A stretch of 19,034 nucleotides of DNA from IMG/VR virus record IMGVR_UViG_2740892047_000005; one strand, written 5' to 3'. Below are positions 1 to 7,411 of the stretch, piece after piece (the stretch's first letter is position 1; every line of letters starts with the position of its first letter). Under the pieces are notes generated by a model. It was not told the DNA's origin. It ran no database searches and saw only the letters and a list, made by a program, of their open reading frames with translations. The position numbers and the translations under genes are program-made. This DNA comes from a virus (taxonomy: Duplodnaviria; Heunggongvirae; Uroviricota; Caudoviricetes).

Positions 1-484
1 GACGGGCACACTGAATCATGGCTTTATGCCGTAACATCCGTTTGGGATGCGACTGCCACGGCCCAGTGATTTCTCTGCCTTCGCGGGTTTTGAATGGTTC
101 GCGGCGGCATTCATCCATCCACTCGGTAACGCAGATCGGATGATTACGGTCCTTGCGGTAAATCCGGCATGTACAGGATTCATTGTCCTGCTCAAAGTCC
201 ATGCCATCAAACTGCTGGTTTTCATTGATGATGCGGGACCAGCCATCAACGCCCACCACCGGAACGATGCCATTCTGCTTATCAGGAAAGGCGTAAATTT
301 CTTTCGTCCACGGATTAAGGCCGTACTGGTTGGCAACGATCAACAATGCGATGAACTGCGCATCGCTGGCATCACCTTTAAATGCCGTCTGGCGAAGAGT
401 GGTGATCAGTTCCTGTGGGTCGACAGAATCCATGCCGACACGTTCAGCCAGCTTCCCTGCCAGCGTTGCGAGTGCAGTACTCAT
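1..484 (-). CDS. bet: Recombination protein Bet (single-strand annealing protein), 5' part only; gene runs off the window start
   Basis: Reverse-complement from 484 reads ATG AGT ACT GCA CTC... = MSTALATLAGKLAERVGMDSVDPQELITTLRQTAFKGDASDAQFIALLIVANQYGLNPW..., matching lambda Bet N-terminus as I recall it. Start codon sits 5 nt after the gam stop. Not in the ORF track because its stop lies outside the window. Confidence 0.9.
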   Translation of the reverse strand, partial: MSTALATLAGKLAERVGMDSVDPQELITTLRQTAFKGDASDAQFIALLIVANQYGLNPWTKEIYAFPDKQNGIVPVVGVDGWSRIINENQQFDGMDFEQDNESCTCRIYRKDRNHPICVTEWMDECRREPFKTREGREITGPWQSHPKRMLRHKAMIQCAR

Positions 485-489
485 TCGTT

Positions 490-786
490 TTATACCTCTG
501 AATCAATATCAACCTGGTGGTGAGCAATGGTTTCAACCATGTACCGGATGTGTTCTGCCATGCGCTCCTGAAACTCAACATCGTCATCAAACGCACGGGT
601 AATGGCTTTTTTGCTGGCCCCGTGGCGTTGCAAATGATCGATGCAGAGTGATTCAAACAGGTGCTGGGACAGCCCCTTTTCCATGTCGTCTGCCAGTTCT
701 GCCTCTTTCTCTTCACGGGCGATTTGCTGGTAGTGACGTGCCCAGCTCTGAGCCTCAAGACGATCCTGAATGTAATAAGCGTTCAT
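490..786 (-). CDS. gam: Host-nuclease (RecBCD) inhibitor Gam, short form, 98 aa
   Basis: ORF track protein [21 protein letters not shown]...[10 protein letters not shown] matches lambda Gam from memory. SD-like AGGAG (rc of ctcct) just upstream of the ATG at 786. Confidence 0.93.
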   Translation of the reverse strand: MNAYYIQDRLEAQSWARHYQQIAREEKEAELADDMEKGLSQHLFESLCIDHLQRHGASKKAITRAFDDDVEFQERMAEHIRYMVETIAHHQVDIDSEV

Positions 787-861
787 GGCTGAACTCCTGA
801 AAATGGCTGTGAAACTATTGCCCGGGAAATGCCAGGCCGATTAGGAAAACAGGAAAGGGGA

Positions 862-1068
862 TTAGTGATTCAGGCCGTTGCCGCGTCCGTCGAGAAAAAC
901 TTCCACGAGCAAGTCACGGGTATAAGTGCGCTCGATGCCGCGATGCAGATAAAGCCGTCCGCGTAAATTAGCTGATGCAGTCCAGGTACCATCTTTGTGT
1001 TTGACCAGCATTCCTGGCATGACCGCACCGCGATTAACGGTCTGCGTTCCGTAATGTTGATGAACCAT
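862..1068 (-). CDS. Small hypothetical protein (68 aa) in the kil/cIII position of the pL operon
   Basis: Intact ORF with a strong RBS (GCAGGAGTTTTT-ATG on the minus strand, from rc of 1069-1080). Placed between gam and the putative pL. I do not recognise the sequence as lambda Kil or CIII, so function is inferred from position only. Confidence 0.5.
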   Translation of the reverse strand: MVHQHYGTQTVNRGAVMPGMLVKHKDGTWTASANLRGRLYLHRGIERTYTRDLLVEVFLDGRGNGLNH

Positions 1069-1336
1069 AAAAACTCCTGCCCGTAAGCTGGGCTGCTGAA
1101 CAAATGAGGGGTTGCGCAGTATCTGGCGGTGGATGGCCGCCGGTTGTCATAACTAAGCCGCCTCGTTGAAGCGACTAAGGTATGAAATGTTGAGTTGATT
1201 TCAGCTGGTCACACCGACGTTCACGCGTCCGTTTCATCCCTCGCACTCCCCGAAGCCTGCTGAAATTCAAGCTGCGGATCTAAGCGGTCATCGCAACGGT
1301 GAATCAGGTGGTTGCCGTATCGTTGCGTTGTTGCGA

Positions 1337-1385
1337 TATGGTGATAATAGCTATTGCTATTGGTGATATCAATACTTATTGCTAT
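1337..1385 (-). promoter_or_regulatory. Candidate pL promoter with two operators (OL1 1347-1360, OL2 1372-1385)
   Basis: On the minus strand: -35 TTGATA (plus 1367-1372), 17-bp spacer, -10 TATTAT (plus 1344-1349). Two 14-bp sites, ATAGCTATTGCTAT (1347-1360, near-palindrome ATAGC-N4-GCTAT) and ATACTTATTGCTAT (1372-1385), are 25 bp apart and share the motif of the OR sites. Seen directly in sequence; function is inferred. Confidence 0.45.
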
Positions 1386-1510
1386 TAGTTGATGTGTTTT
1401 GATATTAAATGTTTGATAGCAAAAAGAATTAATTTTGTGACTTGAATCGCATAGCGATAACTGAAGTGAGGTGTGGTGGTTTTTTGGACGGTATGAGTTA
1501 TGAGGGGGAG

Positions 1511-1538
1511 GAAAAGAAAACCCGGCGCGGTTGCCGGG
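1511..1538 (-). terminator. Rho-independent terminator after the lipoprotein gene
   Basis: Hairpin cccggcgcggttgccggg (1521-1538). On the minus strand it is followed by a U-rich tract (complement of gaaaagaaaa, 1511-1520), immediately downstream of the lipoprotein stop at 1547. Confidence 0.5.
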
Positions 1539-1546
1539 TATGATTA

Positions 1547-1927
1547 TCAGTCAGCCCAACCTGATTTCGAGTTTATTTGGGTTTCTGACATTGTGTATTT
1601 CTTAATCGTGTCATCGTCAAAAAGAATAGTAAGTTCTTTTTTCGTACCGTTCGTTCCATTATGGAATAATCCATAGAATGGAATAAAAGTGGTGCCATTA
1701 ACTTTTACTTTTGCAAAGGCGTACTTCCAGATCTCGTTTCCACTGTCAGTATATGAAACAGCATCAGGAGAACCAAAGTAAGATTTAACCTCATTCTTGG
1801 TTGTTTTACCTTCCTGAAGTTTAGACTGGACACTAATTTCAGTTTCATTTTTGAGTTGCTGGTTGCCTGAAGAAGCACACCCAGCCAATAGAGATGCCAT
1901 CATGGCAGCGATTAGGATTTTTCTCAT
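1547..1927 (-). CDS. Lipoprotein (126 aa) with signal peptide and lipobox LLAGC; AT-rich moron between OL and cI (rexAB position)
   Basis: N-terminus MRKILIAAMMASLLAGC has a signal peptidase II lipobox. The mature part is S/T/N/K-rich and reminiscent of small BamE/OmlA-like lipoproteins (not verified). Lies 229 bp downstream of cI on the same strand, with a terminator after it. Confidence 0.8.
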   Translation of the reverse strand: MRKILIAAMMASLLAGCASSGNQQLKNETEISVQSKLQEGKTTKNEVKSYFGSPDAVSYTDSGNEIWKYAFAKVKVNGTTFIPFYGLFHNGTNGTKKELTILFDDDTIKKYTMSETQINSKSGWAD

Positions 1928-2156
1928 TTTATGTTTCCATTCATTATAATCAGAAACATCTTAACATAATGATTCGAAATAAAAACCGCTACGAGATAGG
2001 GGGACATTTTGCTGACAGTAGCAACAAATCTCAGCTAACAACGAGAATATTTACTGAAATATGCAAACAGATTTGGCGTTCTTATAGAGAATTTAGTGCA
2101 ATATCTAATCCGAGTGGTATAAACCTTAACCTTCGCTCCCTTAAGTCGTAGATAAA

Positions 2157-2849
2157 TTAACCATGCTTCCTGTACGTCTGCGGCATGCTTCCAATGACCT
2201 TACCGAATATGAACACCCGGTTCATCTCGTCTTTCTCGATCGGGTCCCACGGCGAGTAGCTCTTGTTATCAGAGATAACCAGCAGCTTATCCTTCATCAT
2301 TTGAAGACGTTTTACATGGGCAGTGTCGTCGTACAGAAACGCATAGATGCCATCACCGTCGAAAGATTTAACAGTGATATCAACGAACAGCAGGTCACCT
2401 GGTTCGATCGTCCCTGACATGCTGTCACCGCGCACGTTAATAATGCGGATATTTTCCGCCTTCCTGCCATCGAACATGTGACGAGCATCGTCAAACGAGT
2501 ACTCAACCGAGCGTAGAACTTCCACAAACTCACGGTTGATGACACCCGGTCCGGCACTGACTTCTATATCAAGAACGTCAATCTTGAAGTATTTTGAATG
2601 GCTGACAGCAGGCTTCCCTGATTGTTGACCGTCATTTCTCATCGGGCCTATGCCTGATGAGAGCCATTCTGTTCGAACACCCAATGCATTAGCTATTTCA
2701 ACAATTTTTGTTGAGCCGCGCGCGTTGCCGCTTGTCAGTCTCCAGATTGTGGGTTGAGCTACGCCAGACGCCTTTGCAAGAGCGCCTTGAGACATTCCAG
2801 ATTGTTCCATCGCTAGGTTTAAGCGATCAGCAAGAGTTTCTTTTTTCAT
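2157..2849 (-). CDS. cI: CI-type prophage repressor (N-terminal HTH + C-terminal S24/LexA-like autopeptidase), 230 aa
   Basis: HTH segment SQGALAKASGVAQPTIWRL. S24 motifs: Ala-Gly cleavage-site-like VSAGPG, catalytic Ser in RGDSMSG, Lys in HVKRL. Start set at ATG 2849 (MKKETLADRL...) because the upstream ATG at 2885 lies inside the operator array. The PRM-like promoter implies a near-leaderless mRNA, as for lambda cI. Confidence 0.88.
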   Translation of the reverse strand: MKKETLADRLNLAMEQSGMSQGALAKASGVAQPTIWRLTSGNARGSTKIVEIANALGVRTEWLSSGIGPMRNDGQQSGKPAVSHSKYFKIDVLDIEVSAGPGVINREFVEVLRSVEYSFDDARHMFDGRKAENIRIINVRGDSMSGTIEPGDLLFVDITVKSFDGDGIYAFLYDDTAHVKRLQMMKDKLLVISDNKSYSPWDPIEKDEMNRVFIFGKVIGSMPQTYRKHG

Positions 2850-2858
2850 AAGTTTTAA

Positions 2859-2928
2859 TTTATACGCTTGCGTATTGATGGTCAAAACACGTTTTGCTAT
2901 TGCTTGGATTAATACGCATTGCTATTAT
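2859..2928. promoter_or_regulatory. OR region: three 14-bp operators at 25-bp spacing with divergent PRM (to cI) and PR (to cro)
   Basis: OR3 ATACGCTTGCGTAT (2862-2875, perfect palindrome), OR2 ACACGTTTTGCTAT (2887-2900), OR1 ATACGCATTGCTAT (2912-2925). PR: -35 TTGCTT (2900-2905), 17-bp spacer, -10 TATTAT (2923-2928), overlapping OR2 and OR1. PRM on minus: -35 TTGACC (rc of 2880-2885), -10 TATAAA (rc of 2859-2864), overlapping OR3. Confidence 0.55.
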
Positions 2929-2959
2929 TCATTCATTTCAATACCAATAGGAATTGATA

Positions 2960-3187
2960 ATGACAAATCAAACCATTCAACTCGCAATCAGTATTACAGG
3001 TAGTCAAAAACGACTGGCAGATCTATGCGGTGTAGCCCAACCCACAGTTTGGCGTTGGCTACACGGTGGCGGAATTGATGCCCGCTATGTAATGAAAATT
3101 GTCTCAGCCACTGGTGGAAAGATTAAACCAGCAGATATTCGTCCCGACCTCGCACCATTGTTTAACGCGAGTAATTCTGCCGCCTAA
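2960..3187 (+). CDS. cro: Cro-like HTH regulator (YdaS/DUF1019-like), 75 aa
   Basis: ORF track 2954..3187; preferred start is ATG 2960 (MTNQTIQLAISITGSQKRLADLCGVAQPTVWRWL...) with SD TAGGA at 2948-2952. Divergent from cI across the operator array. HTH resembles YdaS-type Cro analogues (from memory). Confidence 0.8.
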   Translation: MTNQTIQLAISITGSQKRLADLCGVAQPTVWRWLHGGGIDARYVMKIVSATGGKIKPADIRPDLAPLFNASNSAA

Positions 3188-3211
3188 ACTGCGGCGTTAA
3201 CTGATAAGGCA

Positions 3212-3757
3212 ATGACTATGCAACCACTTACATACCAACAGACTAGCGGATTTAGCCCGACTGCGGTGATAAATCGTTCTCAAACAAAACAGGCGCCAGG
3301 CCACGAAAAAATCCGTGATGCCGTTCGCGCCTGGTCGGCTGCAGATAATCAGGATGTTGTTGCCGCACTCATTGTGAATGAGTATCGGGAGCAGGGCGGC
3401 GGCACCATCGATTTCCCTGATGATGTCAGCCGTGCACGCCAGAAGCTGTTCCGCTTCCTCGATAACAAATTCGATTCTGAAAAATACCGAAATAACGTGC
3501 GTGAACTGACCCCGGCAATTCTGGCGGTACTACCGCTGGAATATCGCGGCCACCTGGTTGAGCAGGATAGCTACATGGCTCGGCTGGCTGAAATGGAAAA
3601 GGAACTCAGTGAGGCAAAACAGGCTGTCATTCTCAACGCACCACGCCACCAGAAACTGAAGGAGATGAGTGAAGGCATTGTGTCGATGTTTCGTGTGGAC
3701 CCGGATTTGGCTGGTCCACTGATGGCGATGGTCACCACCATGCTGGGGGCAATATGA
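3212..3757 (+). CDS. YdaT-like protein (CII-position regulator of Rac-type immunity regions), 181 aa
   Basis: Segments IVNEYREQGGGTIDFP and RELTPAILAVLPLEYRGHL resemble E. coli Rac YdaT as I recall it. Immediately downstream of the cro-like gene and upstream of O. Confidence 0.75.
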   Translation: MTMQPLTYQQTSGFSPTAVINRSQTKQAPGHEKIRDAVRAWSAADNQDVVAALIVNEYREQGGGTIDFPDDVSRARQKLFRFLDNKFDSEKYRNNVRELTPAILAVLPLEYRGHLVEQDSYMARLAEMEKELSEAKQAVILNAPRHQKLKEMSEGIVSMFRVDPDLAGPLMAMVTTMLGAI

Positions 3758-3843
3758 CAGGTTCGGAAATGGCGAAAGCCGGTCTGCGCGAACAGAACCG
3801 ACTTTCAGGTGCAAATCGTAACACACTCATTGCGGGAGGAATT

Positions 3844-4773
3844 ATGGCAAACACTGCTGAGATATTCAATTTTCCAGTGCCGGATGTGGCACAAAAGGAG
3901 CGGCGCGTGGCAGATCTCGACGATGGTTATACGCGCATTGCAAATGAGTTGCTGGAAGCTGTGATGCTGGCCGGATTAACACAGCACCAGCTTCTGGTCT
4001 TCCTGGCTGTCATGCGCAAAACATATGGCTTTAATAAAAGACTGGATTGGGTGAGCAACGAGCAACTTTCCGAATTGACCGGGATATTGCCGCACAAGTG
4101 TTCTGCTGCAAAAAGCGTTCTGGTAAAGCGTGGGATTCTTATTCAGAGCGGGCGAAATATCGGCATTAATAATGTGGTCAGTGAATGGTCAACATTACCC
4201 GAATCAGGTAAGAAAAATAAAGTTTACCTGAAAGAGGTAAATTTACCTGAATCAGGTAAAAAAAGTTTACCCAAATCAGGTAAAGGCGTTTACCCGAATC
4301 AGGTAAACACAAAAGACAAACTAACAAAAGACAATATAAAACCTTTTTCGTCCGAGAATTCTGGCGAATCCTCTGACCAGCCAGAAAACGACCTTCCTGT
4401 GGTGAAACCGGATGCTGCAATTCAGAGTGGCAGCAAGTGGGGGACAGCAGAAGACCTGACCGCCGCAGAGTGGATGTTTGACATGGTGAAGACCATCGCG
4501 CCATCAGCCAGAAAACCGAATTTTGCAGGGTGGGCTAACGATATCCGCCTGATGCGTGAACGTGACGGACGTAACCACCGCGAAATGTGCGTGCTGTTCC
4601 GCTGGGCATGCCAGGACAACTTCTGGTCCGGTAACGTGTTGTGTCCGGCCAAACTCCGCGACAAGTGGACACAGCTCGAAATCAACCGAAACAAGCAGCA
4701 GGCTGGCGTGACAGCCGGCAAACCAAAACTCGATCTGACGAATACTGACTGGATTTACGGGGTGGAGCTATGA
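3844..4773 (+). CDS. O: Replication initiator protein O (lambda-type), 309 aa
   Basis: From ATG 3844 (SD GGGAGGA at 3834-3840): MANTAEIFNF...RRVADLDDGYTRIANELLEA...; C-terminal half AEWMFDMVKTIAPSARKPNFAGWANDIRLMRERDGRNHREMCVLFRWACQDNFWSGNVL... matches lambda O from memory. The ORF track extends it upstream to 3754, overlapping the YdaT-like gene. Confidence 0.92.
   Translation: MANTAEIFNFPVPDVAQKERRVADLDDGYTRIANELLEAVMLAGLTQHQLLVFLAVMRKTYGFNKRLDWVSNEQLSELTGILPHKCSAAKSVLVKRGILIQSGRNIGINNVVSEWSTLPESGKKNKVYLKEVNLPESGKKSLPKSGKGVYPNQVNTKDKLTKDNIKPFSSENSGESSDQPENDLPVVKPDAAIQSGSKWGTAEDLTAAEWMFDMVKTIAPSARKPNFAGWANDIRLMRERDGRNHREMCVLFRWACQDNFWSGNVLCPAKLRDKWTQLEINRNKQQAGVTAGKPKLDLTNTDWIYGVEL
4196..4350. 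repeat. Origin of replication inside O: iterons (4196-4306) plus AT-rich unwinding region (4307-4350)
   Basis: Direct repeats ttacccgaatcaggtaa (4196), tttacctgaaagaggtaa (4223, degenerate), tttacctgaatcaggtaa (4242), tttacccaaatcaggtaa (4266), tttacccgaatcaggtaa (4289), followed by acacaaaagacaaactaacaaaagacaatataaaacc. Same arrangement as ori-lambda inside O. Confidence 0.8.
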
Positions 4774-5471
4774 AAAACATCGCCGCACAGATGATTAATT
4801 TTGACCGTGAGCAGATGCGCCGGATCGCCAACAACATGCCGGAACAGTACGACGAAAAGCCGCAGGTACAGCAGGTGGCGCAGATAATCAACGGTGTATT
4901 CAGCCAGTTACTGGCAACTTTCCCGGCTAGCCTGGCTAATCGTGACCAGAACGAACTGAACGAAATCCGCCGCCAGTGGGTTCTGGCTTTCCGGGAAAAC
5001 GGGATCACCACGATGGAACAGGTGAGCGCCGGAATGCGTATCGCCCGTCGGCAGAGTAGACCATTCCTGCCATCACCTGGGCAGTTTGTCGCCTGGTGCC
5101 GGGAAGAAGCATCCGTTAACGCCGGGCTGCCAAACGTCAGCGAGCTGGTTGATATGGTTTACGAGTATTGCCGGAAGCGTGGCCTGTATCCGGACGCAGA
5201 GTCTTATCCATGGAAATCAAACGCGCACTACTGGCTGGTTACCAACCTGTACCAGAACATGCGGGCCAATGCGCTGACTGACGCGGAATTACGGCGTAAG
5301 GCTGCCGATGAGCTGACCTGTATGACCGCGCGAATTAACCGTGGTGAGGCGATACCTGAACCAGTAAAACAACTTCCTGTCATGGGCGGTAGACCTCTAA
5401 ATCGTGCACAGTCTTTGGCGAAGATCGCAGAAATCAAAGCTAAGTTCGGACTGAAAGGAGCAAGTGTATGA
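4770..5471 (+). CDS. P: Replication protein P (DnaB helicase loader), 233 aa
   Basis: MKNIAAQMINFDREQMRRIANNMPEQYDEKPQVQQVAQIINGVFSQLL... matches lambda P essentially throughout (from memory). Start overlaps the O stop (ATGA). Confidence 0.95.
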   Translation: MKNIAAQMINFDREQMRRIANNMPEQYDEKPQVQQVAQIINGVFSQLLATFPASLANRDQNELNEIRRQWVLAFRENGITTMEQVSAGMRIARRQSRPFLPSPGQFVAWCREEASVNAGLPNVSELVDMVYEYCRKRGLYPDAESYPWKSNAHYWLVTNLYQNMRANALTDAELRRKAADELTCMTARINRGEAIPEPVKQLPVMGGRPLNRAQSLAKIAEIKAKFGLKGASV

Positions 5472-5620
5472 CGGGCAAAGAGGCAATTATTCATTGTTTG
5501 GGAATGCATAAGCGTTTCAATGCGCTAGACGTCGCTGCGACAACAGGAGTAACAATAACCAGCATAAATCAGGTGACTAGAGAGTCAAAATTTTCGTCAT
5601 TGATGGTTTGCTTCAGGTAA
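5468..5620 (+). pseudogene. ren: ren remnant: first ~35 codons of lambda-like Ren, then unrelated sequence and an early stop (50 aa)
   Basis: Hand translation from ATG 5468 (overlapping the P stop): MTGKEAIIHCLGMHKRFNALDVAATTGVTITSINQ then VTRESKFSSLMVCFR*. Lambda Ren starts MTGKEAIIHYLGTHNSFCAPDVAALTGATVTSINQAAAKMARAG... (from memory). Divergence coincides with the start of AT-rich DNA near 5573. Confidence 0.6.
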
Positions 5621-5818
5621 ATTAGCACTAAAAAAATACCTAGTTAGAAGTACCTCAATCTATATCTATTGTTATCAATGAGAGCCGGTAGAACTCGACG
5701 ATAAAGCTGGTACATCATCATCCTCAAACTTGTATAATCAGAGTCCTAAAACCGGCAATATAACTACGCTGTTGCTTCAGAATATAATGGTGAATCGTAT
5801 AATGATGTTATGAATATA

Positions 5819-6796
5819 TTAAATTGCAGGATCTTTTCCAACGGCAAGGAAAGGTTCTTGGTCTAGTGCAGTAAACGAAGCTTCGTTATTAAGCAAACGA
5901 ATAAAATATAATTTTTGTCTTTTGGTGGATAACTCAATTAACCCTGCTTGATTTATAATTATATTTCTTCCTAATATTGGGAAGTTTTGTATTAAACGCT
6001 GAATGTTAGCGATGGTTATAGTTCCGCTTTTTATTAGAGAACTGTTTGCTGTTGTAGCTAGTTTACGCATAAAATTTCTATTTTTATGCATATCATCAAA
6101 TATACCAAGTGGGTTTTGCAAGTTAGAAGTATCTAGGATATTCAATCCAATTATATGCGGTGTCGCTGTTGCTGCTAAATTATTAATTATTTGCTCGAGT
6201 CCATATACTCGCTCTAATAAGTTAATGTTTAAAGCATAGTATTTATTATTAAAATAAAAGAAATCAACATTTCCGTTTATATCAATACTGTCATGGTTAA
6301 CTTCGTCTAGTGTTCGTCCATTGGCAGAGAAATAGGATAGTCTTGTTTTTTTATGCAAAGATATTGGGTATTTATGTTGATAAACTACAACTCCATTACC
6401 TTGCCCATCGCAGAGATAGTATACAATTCCTTTAACAGAAGATAAGTCTTGCTGTTTGAAATCAAAATCAGGAGGGGTGTTATTAACTCCGAAATTAAGT
6501 ACATCTGGCATTTTTGCTAGAGCATCTGGGAGATGGTTTATTACATTATAATCATATTCGTAAACTTGTTTATCTCTATTTAGAAGGGAGGATACCAACG
6601 GCAAAAAGTTTTGACCAGCATTAGGGGCGATAACATCACGTTTAAGTGATTTGCTAAAAGATTGGGTTAATTTTTTTTCTGCACCAGGTTCTAATGCTAC
6701 TCGGTATATTTGTGTTATCCCTTTGTGTTCTGCAACGAAAAAGGCTTCACCAGAGATGTTGGCAGAATTTAAGATGTTATCTATTGCTGTAAACAT
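5819..6796 (-). CDS. Hypothetical 325-aa soluble protein, second gene of the AT-rich two-gene cassette; candidate defence effector (possibly KwaB/DUF4868-like, unverified)
   Basis: Intact ORF with RBS GAGGG 4 nt before ATG 6796. Starts 15 bp after the stop of the upstream membrane-protein gene on the same strand. No Walker A, no GS...DxD nucleotidyltransferase motif and no obvious nuclease motif seen by eye. N/I/L/K-rich, consistent with low-GC origin. Confidence 0.8.
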   Translation of the reverse strand: MFTAIDNILNSANISGEAFFVAEHKGITQIYRVALEPGAEKKLTQSFSKSLKRDVIAPNAGQNFLPLVSSLLNRDKQVYEYDYNVINHLPDALAKMPDVLNFGVNNTPPDFDFKQQDLSSVKGIVYYLCDGQGNGVVVYQHKYPISLHKKTRLSYFSANGRTLDEVNHDSIDINGNVDFFYFNNKYYALNINLLERVYGLEQIINNLAATATPHIIGLNILDTSNLQNPLGIFDDMHKNRNFMRKLATTANSSLIKSGTITIANIQRLIQNFPILGRNIIINQAGLIELSTKRQKLYFIRLLNNEASFTALDQEPFLAVGKDPAI

Positions 6797-6811
6797 AATG
6801 CCCTCATTATA

Positions 6812-7411
6812 TTAAACAATCTTTGCGAGACAAGTGTCATTATCTATTTTTATATATTTTATAGTGCTTTTATTATTTATTTCTCCACGACATATTATCA
6901 CAAATTCTTTTTTTCCGCGGTCGTTAATATTCGCTCTAAAAATTCTGAACCCTAATAGTGCAAGTGACGGATTTGAATAAAATCGATTTGTTTTAACATA
7001 AATCATTCCGATTGCAATTATCATTATTAATAGATTCAACATTGTTCGTTTGCTATTTACATCAGTAAAGACTAGTGGCATGACATAAGTTGTCAGGAAC
7101 TCTAAATGTTCATGGCTCTCGTTTTTTACGTCGGAAACAGTACATGCGACAGACCAACCAGAGTTAAATGATAAAAACAAATATAAAAATATAAAAAAAC
7201 CTGCCACCATCATTATAAAACTAAATAAAAAAACTATATTTTTGGGTGTGATTTTTGAAATGAATATAGCAAAGTCTTTATTGTTATAAGTTGAAATTAT
7301 AGTAAATATATTTTTATCATATGACATTATAAATAGAGAAACAAATAATAGCCATAGAGATAATATATATAGCGCATACTTTAAAGCTGTTCTATTTTTC
7401 ATGTTTTTCAT
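6812..7411 (-). CDS. Predicted multi-pass inner-membrane protein (about 4 TM helices), first gene of the AT-rich cassette; candidate sensor/membrane component (possibly KwaA-like, unverified)
   Basis: Hydrophobic segments ALKYALYILSLWLLFVSLFIMSY, IVFLFSFIMMVAGFFIFLYLFLSF, LEFLTTYVMPLVF, MLNLLIMIIAIGMIYV, then a ~55-aa charged C-terminal tail. Start uncertain: ATG 7411 (MKNMKNRT...), ATG 7402 or GTG 7426 (ORF track). Confidence 0.75.
   Translation of the reverse strand: MKNMKNRTALKYALYILSLWLLFVSLFIMSYDKNIFTIISTYNNKDFAIFISKITPKNIVFLFSFIMMVAGFFIFLYLFLSFNSGWSVACTVSDVKNESHEHLEFLTTYVMPLVFTDVNSKRTMLNLLIMIIAIGMIYVKTNRFYSNPSLALLGFRIFRANINDRGKKEFVIICRGEINNKSTIKYIKIDNDTCLAKIV

Noticed and set aside
16-523. 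ORF-track ORFs 16..336 (minus) and 47..523 (plus) overlapping bet
   Set aside because: Both are out of frame or antisense relative to the true bet frame, which reads MSTALATLAG... from 484 downward. I briefly suspected a bet frameshift, but checking the in-frame reverse complement gives VTEWMDECRREPF, so bet is intact.
444-758. Minus-strand ORF (104 aa) overlapping gam in another frame
   Set aside because: The gam frame (490..786) matches a known protein; this one does not and is a byproduct of GC-rich coding sequence.
870-1103. Alternative minus-strand ORF (77 aa, TTG start) overlapping the 862..1068 ORF
   Set aside because: Non-ATG start with no RBS; the overlapping 862..1068 frame has a strong SD.
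1894-2151. Plus-strand ORF (85 aa) in the lipoprotein-cI spacer
   Set aside because: Starts antisense inside the lipoprotein gene and runs opposite to the expected transcription of this interval; low complexity, no RBS seen.
2163-2557. ORFs 2163..2417 (plus) and 2312..2557 (minus) inside cI
   Set aside because: Antisense or out of frame within a well-supported repressor gene.
2850-2885. Longer cI start at 2885 (MTINTQAYKLKL-MKKET...)
   Set aside because: That ATG lies inside the operator/promoter array, upstream of the PRM-like -10; ATG 2849 fits a leaderless PRM-type transcript.
3530-5509. Antisense or alternative-frame ORFs within ydaT-like, O and P (3530..3826, 4178..4504, 4422..4721, 4682..5011, 5086..5277, 5228..5509)
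   Set aside because: All overlap genes with strong lambda homology in another frame or strand.
6003-6239. Plus-strand ORF (78 aa) inside the 325-aa cassette gene
   Set aside because: Antisense to the long ORF; hydrophobic low-complexity translation typical of AT-rich antisense.
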